Part shown: positions 58,951 through 64,000 of the stretch, one piece after another | Layout: every line of letters begins with the position of its first letter | Position numbering within the stretch: the first letter of the stretch is position 1 | NCBI GenBank assembly: GCA_046116545.1 | Contig: CP175956.1 | Location: 833,734 to 897,733, forward strand | Direction of reading: 5' to 3' | From: Candidatus Moraniibacteriota bacterium | GTDB taxonomy: Bacteria; Patescibacteriota; Minisyncoccia; Moranbacterales; GCA-2747515 | Length of the DNA: 64,000 nucleotides | Translations under genes and position numbers: made by a program | The notes under the pieces: generated by a model | Database searches by the model: none | Seen by the model: only the letters and a program-made list of their open reading frames with translations | What the model was told of the DNA's origin: nothing

Positions 58951-59146
58951 GTTTTTCTCCTTTTTTGGTTATGTCCCCATAATAACTGGACAAAGTTTAT
59001 ATTTTTTACTGTTAAATAAACACACACGGTTAGATCAATAAAATAAATTGATCTACCTGTGACAAAAATATTTAATTTTCATCACAAAGTAGAACTGTCT
59101 ATTCTTTAACGTATAACTCTACCACATTTCACAAGAAATGCAATGG

Positions 59147-59995
59147 CTATTCGTTTTTATTAAAGTTACTAATTCTATCATGTAACTCATTCACATTTTG
59201 ATTTAAATACTCAGCATTCTCATCAAAATCATCCTGTTCATCAACTAATTCATCTTCTGCGACATAATCATCAACAGAATTATTTAACTGATTATTAAAA
59301 TGATCTTCAACTGCATTATCATTATGCGTATTTATTTCCTCTATTTCATCCTGCTTTTTCTCTTTTTTTTGAGACAAACAAAACTTGTTTGGAAAAAAAT
59401 ATATAAATACTACAGCAAGAACCCCACCAAACAATCCTCCAATTATAGTATTTGGCAATATTCTAGGTACAGTAGGTCTAAGTGGTGTATTTGGTCCATC
59501 TATAAGACGAACTGTTACACGATCTCCACCGCCATGATACTTATCACCTTTTGTTGTCAATATATAAGCTGCTGCTTTTGCAGTTTCCTCCGCTGTTTTA
59601 CGAGATTCATCAAGTACACTGATATGCATTATACCCGTATTATTTACCTTTTTCACACTTATAACTTTTTTCCATTCTTTTTCCCACTCTTCAGGATCAT
59701 GTGAAAAATCACGACGCACATCAAAAGGTGCATCCTGCACATCATTGAAAAATGATGTCGTGTGTATAACACGAGTAAATATGTTACTCAAAAACTCAGC
59801 AGACTTTGTAGCACTAAATGCATCTACTTTCTCACTTTCTTGTTCCTGTACAACAATCATAGAAATATCACTCTGATATTTCGCTGGCATTATTACAGAA
59901 ATTATAAATGCAATAAGAGCAAAAACTATAATTGACACTATAACAAGTCTCCATCTATGTGCTATATATTTTATTGTTATTTCTTGTTCATTCAT
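59147..59995 (-). CDS. Wzz/CpsC(YveK)-like polysaccharide chain-length protein
   Basis: N-terminal TM, PAKYQS, Pro-rich PTVPR plus G-rich second TM. Confidence 0.85.
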   Translation of the reverse strand: MNEQEITIKYIAHRWRLVIVSIIVFALIAFIISVIMPAKYQSDISMIVVQEQESEKVDAFSATKSAEFLSNIFTRVIHTTSFFNDVQDAPFDVRRDFSHDPEEWEKEWKKVISVKKVNNTGIMHISVLDESRKTAEETAKAAAYILTTKGDKYHGGGDRVTVRLIDGPNTPLRPTVPRILPNTIIGGLFGGVLAVVFIYFFPNKFCLSQKKEKKQDEIEEINTHNDNAVEDHFNNQLNNSVDDYVAEDELVDEQDDFDENAEYLNQNVNELHDRISNFNKNE

Positions 59996-59998
59996 AAA

Positions 59999-60937
59999 CT
60001 AAATATTATTACTCTTTAGAGAAAAATCATTCTTCATATTACAATTCAAGGCATCACAATTATTCGTTATAAATTCCTGAATTGCCAATCTAATTTTTGG
60101 AGTTTTATCTCTCATTTCTAGATATTTTGTTTTTGATACATAATCCTGAAATGCATACAGTACGGCAATTAGAAACCCATATCTACCATCCAAAAATCCA
60201 AATCTCACTATATACATATATACAAATCTAGCAAATGACGTTCCTGGTATGAAGAACCACACGTCCTTAATCAATGCTTTTGTATATAACCCATTTGTAA
60301 AAAATTGTTTTAAATCGACTTTTGTTTTAAATATGCTCTCATGAGCCTTGACCATATAATTTGCTTGTTGCGTAGAATATCTATTAAATTTTTCAAAAAA
60401 TTGAGATAGACTTCTATCACTATAATGCAACATGTCTCCATCAACTACTTGCATTTTATCTTTTGGTAAAATTATATGTTCGTGCACATTACGATCTTCA
60501 TATCTAATTGTTCGTTTAAATAATCGAACATTATATAGTGGATAGCGACCCCCCCAACGCAAGAATTTTTTCAAAAAGAAATGTTTTCTAGCTATTTCAT
60601 AACCATCATATTTATTCATCCCTTCTCCACTGTTCAATAATTTTTTTATATTATCTCGTAATTCATCAGTTACAACTTCATCACTATCAAGTACCAATAT
60701 CCAATCATATTTTGATTTAGGAATTGCCCAATTTTTTTGATCTGCATGATATGTAAATTTTCTTTGAATAACACGTGCACCATAACTTTCAGCTATTTCA
60801 ACAGTCTTATCTGTAGAAAATGAATCAACAACAAATATTTCATCTGCCCACAAAACAGACTTTATAGCTTGAGCTATAAGATCCTCCTCATTATATGTAG
60901 GTATCAAAACCGTTAATTTGTGTCCATTATTAGTCAT
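59999..60937 (-). CDS. Glycosyltransferase family 2
   Basis: IPTYNEE, VDSFSTDKT, LDSDE, VHEH. Confidence 0.93.
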   Translation of the reverse strand: MTNNGHKLTVLIPTYNEEDLIAQAIKSVLWADEIFVVDSFSTDKTVEIAESYGARVIQRKFTYHADQKNWAIPKSKYDWILVLDSDEVVTDELRDNIKKLLNSGEGMNKYDGYEIARKHFFLKKFLRWGGRYPLYNVRLFKRTIRYEDRNVHEHIILPKDKMQVVDGDMLHYSDRSLSQFFEKFNRYSTQQANYMVKAHESIFKTKVDLKQFFTNGLYTKALIKDVWFFIPGTSFARFVYMYIVRFGFLDGRYGFLIAVLYAFQDYVSKTKYLEMRDKTPKIRLAIQEFITNNCDALNCNMKNDFSLKSNNI

Positions 60938-61263
60938 ATATCTTTTTTACAGATAGTATATTTAACTCTATAATTTTCATTTAACTGTATACTATAGCAA
61001 AAAAATGATACTTTGTCAAGGCCTGTATTTCAAACAAAAAACACTAGACTATTTAAATAATCTAGTGTTTTTTCAATTGTGAACTACTGTTTAACAAATT
61101 GGAACTCTTTACTGAAGGAATTTGAAAAATGGAACAGTTTTTATACACTTTAAGCCCTAATAAAAATCTATTGACACGTCCCTATTTCCCTGCTAACTTT
61201 AACCATCAAGTAGTCATTTAACAATGCAGTTAACATTAACTCAATCACAAAGGAGATTGTAAT

Positions 61264-62097
61264 ATGGAAAAGAAAATCCCAGTAATGATAAATGGTTTAC
61301 CTGGTAATATGGCAAGTTTAATTGAAGAAGCTATTTCAAAACAGTCCAATTATCAAATCGTTATCGCCTCATTGACAGGTTATGAAACTGGTGACTGGTA
61401 TGAGAGTCACAGAAGCGGTGGCATAAAACTCTATGAGCCACCAGAACATCAAGCCATACTCGAAGAGGCATCTCTTCAGTGGGGTGAATCTGGTCTCATA
61501 GCAATTGATTTTACTCAACCTACTGCGATTGAAGAAAATGTAAATTTGTACTGCAAAAATAAAATACCCTTCATTACTGGAACAACTGGTGGTAATCGAC
61601 AGTTGCTTACAAAATTAGTTGAGGAGTCTGAAATATCCGCAGTCATTGCTCCAAATATGTCTGTGCCGATAGTAATGCTCATGGATATGATTGCATTTGC
61701 TGCAACCAATTATCCCAATGCACTCAAAGACTGGGAGATACGGATAGTTGAAAGTCATCAATCATCAAAGGCTGATGTGAGCGGAACTGCCTTAGCCATA
61801 GGTGAAATCATAAAAGATCTTGGTGTTAATTATAGTCCTTCCAATATCCGTGATGTACGTGATAAAATTGAACAACGCCTCATGGGCATTCCTGAATTTG
61901 CACTTGATGGACATGGCTGGCATAAATACTCTCTGATATCACCCGATGGTAATGAAATGATTGGATTTGAACATAACATCAACGGTCGCGATACATACGT
62001 CAACGGCACATTGATGGCACTCGACTTTTTAACAAAAAAAGTTGCTGAAGGTGCTAAAGGAAAATGTTTTTCAATGAAGGATGTCATGCGAGGATAA
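61264..62097 (+). CDS. dapB: 4-hydroxy-tetrahydrodipicolinate reductase (plant/deltaproteobacterial-like form)
   Basis: INGLPGNMA, IDFTQP, GTTGG, APNM, ESHQSSKADVSGTA; own promoter 61171-61199 and terminator ~62114-62148. Confidence 0.88.
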   Translation: MEKKIPVMINGLPGNMASLIEEAISKQSNYQIVIASLTGYETGDWYESHRSGGIKLYEPPEHQAILEEASLQWGESGLIAIDFTQPTAIEENVNLYCKNKIPFITGTTGGNRQLLTKLVEESEISAVIAPNMSVPIVMLMDMIAFAATNYPNALKDWEIRIVESHQSSKADVSGTALAIGEIIKDLGVNYSPSNIRDVRDKIEQRLMGIPEFALDGHGWHKYSLISPDGNEMIGFEHNINGRDTYVNGTLMALDFLTKKVAEGAKGKCFSMKDVMRG

Positions 62098-62204
62098 TAT
62101 TCCTTTCATAACAAAAATGCGAAGATTCTCAAAAGAATCTTCGCATTTTAATTTTATCCCATAAAAACAAAAAAACCACTTACATAAGCAGTTTTTCCTA
62201 ACCG

Positions 62205-62276
62205 TGATCCCACGGAGAATCGAACTCCGGTTTCCAGGATGAGAACCTGGCGTCCTAGCCGCTAGACGATGGGACC
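62205..62276 (-). tRNA. tRNA-Glu(CTC)
   Basis: GGTCCCA/TGGGATC acceptor, CCAGG-TT-CTC-AT-CCTGG, GTTCGATTC. Confidence 0.95.
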
Positions 62277-62364
62277 TTAAATACAAAATTTATTATAGCA
62301 ATAATATAATAAAAAATCAATACTTCATTAAGTATGAAATAGAGCACTCTATTTCATCCAACAT

Positions 62365-63603
62365 CTATAACACATTTTCACTCTTATTCAAGATAAGCTC
62401 TTTAACAACATTCTCCATATGAATACCCCGTGAACCCTTTATCAAAATAGTATCTTCCGATTTTATAACATCTCTAATTTTATCACATACATTAACACTT
62501 TCATCAAAATGACTTACTGAAATATTTGATTTTTTTAATATAGTAACCGCATATTTCATCTCTTCCCCAACCAAAAACACTTCATCAATTTTAATTTCCT
62601 GTAATTGTCTTGCTATTTTTTGATGCTCTCTTTGTGAGATATCACCCAATTCTTTCATATCTCCTAAGATAGCAATTTTACGACTACCTTCAATATTATT
62701 CAAAACATCTATTGCTGCACTCATTGATTTTGGTGATGCATTATATGTATCATCTATAATTTTTGAACCTTTGATTCCTTCAAAAAATTGCATCCTACCT
62801 GGAGAAGTTTGGAAATCATACACATCATTCATAACTTCAACAATATTCAATTTTAAATGCTCCGCAACAGCAATCCCAGCCAATACAGAATAGATAAAAT
62901 GCTCTGCTATTACATTTTTTAATCTTACTGGAATTATTTTATTTTTATAATTTAATTTAAACGAAAGACCTCTATCATGACAACTATAAAAACATGTTTC
63001 TATATCTGTTGCAACAAAGTCAGCACCATCAGACTTCCCAAAAGTAATTGCAGTATCAACCTTATTCAAAACACTTACAACATTTTTATCATCATAATTA
63101 ATAATTGCTATACCACCCTTTTTCATATTAGTTACTATTTTTTGCTTTTCCCTTGTAATTTCATCAATGCTACTAAAAAATTCACTATGAGCAAATGATA
63201 TTGCAGTTAATACTGATATATCCAATGGTACAATACTAGTCAAATAATCCATATCACCTGGCCTATCCACACCCATTTCAACCACAACAATTTCTGGATA
63301 TTTACAATAAATCATTTTTGTTATCCATACACCAAAAATATAAAATATTGAAAATATTGATTTAATATCTTTATTAACTCCCAATATAGTAAGTGGTACA
63401 CCTATTTCATTATTATAGTTCTTTTTTGTATAATATATCTGCTTATGTTTTTTAAGGATATGCACAATAACATCTTTTGTTGTCGTCTTACCAACAGATC
63501 CTGTTATTCCTATAACGTATGGATTATAACGCCATAAAATAGACTTTGATATAAATCCAAGTATTTTTTCTAACATTCTAATTTTAATACTTTTTCCATT
63601 CAT
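62365..63603 (-). CDS. murF: UDP-MurNAc-tripeptide--D-Ala-D-Ala ligase
   Basis: GITGSVGKTTTK, NYNNEIGVP, DDTYNASP, LGDMKELG, IKGSRG. Confidence 0.93.
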   Translation of the reverse strand: MNGKSIKIRMLEKILGFISKSILWRYNPYVIGITGSVGKTTTKDVIVHILKKHKQIYYTKKNYNNEIGVPLTILGVNKDIKSIFSIFYIFGVWITKMIYCKYPEIVVVEMGVDRPGDMDYLTSIVPLDISVLTAISFAHSEFFSSIDEITREKQKIVTNMKKGGIAIINYDDKNVVSVLNKVDTAITFGKSDGADFVATDIETCFYSCHDRGLSFKLNYKNKIIPVRLKNVIAEHFIYSVLAGIAVAEHLKLNIVEVMNDVYDFQTSPGRMQFFEGIKGSKIIDDTYNASPKSMSAAIDVLNNIEGSRKIAILGDMKELGDISQREHQKIARQLQEIKIDEVFLVGEEMKYAVTILKKSNISVSHFDESVNVCDKIRDVIKSEDTILIKGSRGIHMENVVKELILNKSENVL

Positions 63604-63607
63604 AAAC

Positions 63608-64000
63608 TTATTTTTTAACAATTTCTTCTGTTGGTGAAATATTATAAAAATCAAGTAAATACTTCATGATTTTACCAAAAGTTGGAGCTGCACTTGATTC
63701 TGCCCAAATAACTGTTTTTGGATTATCAATCCTTACGACTATTACAAACTGTGGATCATCAATTGGTCCATATCCTGCAAATGTTCCTATTGTTTGAGCA
63801 TCATCATAACCCTTTTTACCAGTATTTGCAACTTGTGCTGTTCCAGTTTTTCCACCTATCAAATATCCAGACACATCAGCTCTTTTCCCATGCCCATTTA
63901 CAACAACACTTCTCAACATTTCCCCAATCTGTTTTGATGCACCTTCACTAATTACTCTATGCACAACATGCGAATCCATTATTTCTTCTTCTCCATTACT
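63608..64000 (-). CDS. ftsI: Class B penicillin-binding protein, C-terminal part (runs off window end)
   Basis: GGKTGTAQ transpeptidase motif, FAGYGPIDDP, AAPTF; upstream of murF. Confidence 0.85.
   Translation of the reverse strand, partial: SNGEEEIMDSHVVHRVISEGASKQIGEMLRSVVVNGHGKRADVSGYLIGGKTGTAQVANTGKKGYDDAQTIGTFAGYGPIDDPQFVIVVRIDNPKTVIWAESSAAPTFGKIMKYLLDFYNISPTEEIVKK

Noticed and set aside
1439-62148. Cassettes as integron gene cassettes (TTTAAC resembles the attC core RYYYAAC)
   Set aside because: The motif is upstream of genes rather than after the stop codon, the downstream hairpins have U-tracts and lack R''/R' boxes, cassettes carry their own promoters, and no IntI is present
779-63951. 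Many 60-190 aa antisense or alternate-frame ORFs in the track
   Set aside because: They are shadows of well-supported genes, with no start signals or recognisable motifs
1-64000. Alternative genetic code (UGA recoding as in Gracilibacteria/SR1)
   Set aside because: Core genes are full length under code 11, and TGA ends several ORFs in stop/start overlaps

Overview
AT-rich bacterial chromosome segment, standard genetic code. It is most likely from a Patescibacteria/CPR (Parcubacteria-like) genome; this is an inference from gene content and from core genes that mostly lack Shine-Dalgarno (SD) sequences. The backbone is housekeeping: smc, LCP, pth, dprA, topA, rnhB, dnaE, thrS (T-box), miaA, gatB, a dTMP/dUTP cluster, secE-nusG-rplK-rplA, five tRNAs, rpsB-tsf, rpmE, prfA, a pilin, glycosyltransferases, murF and ftsI. 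About 15 self-contained accessory cassettes are interleaved with these genes. They share one grammar: sigma70 promoter, boxA-like TTTAACAA in most leaders, strong SD, ORF(s), long hairpin terminator. All but one lie on the minus strand. Highlights: (1) an ~11 kb block between tRNA-Trp and secE with an MMPL transporter, a LolA-like carrier and a lipidated beta-barrel-like protein, next to a PlsC/GDPD/acyl-ACP-reductase operon and a 7TM histidine kinase; (2) a ~150 nt rod-shaped leader RNA with an anti-SD loop in front of a NYN RNase; (3) a stand-alone ncRNA with 6S-like and tRNA-like features; (4) several families of REP-like palindromes, some inserted in frame in proteins. No CRISPR array, integrase or prophage was seen. 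All calls come from reading the sequence by eye; no searches were run.
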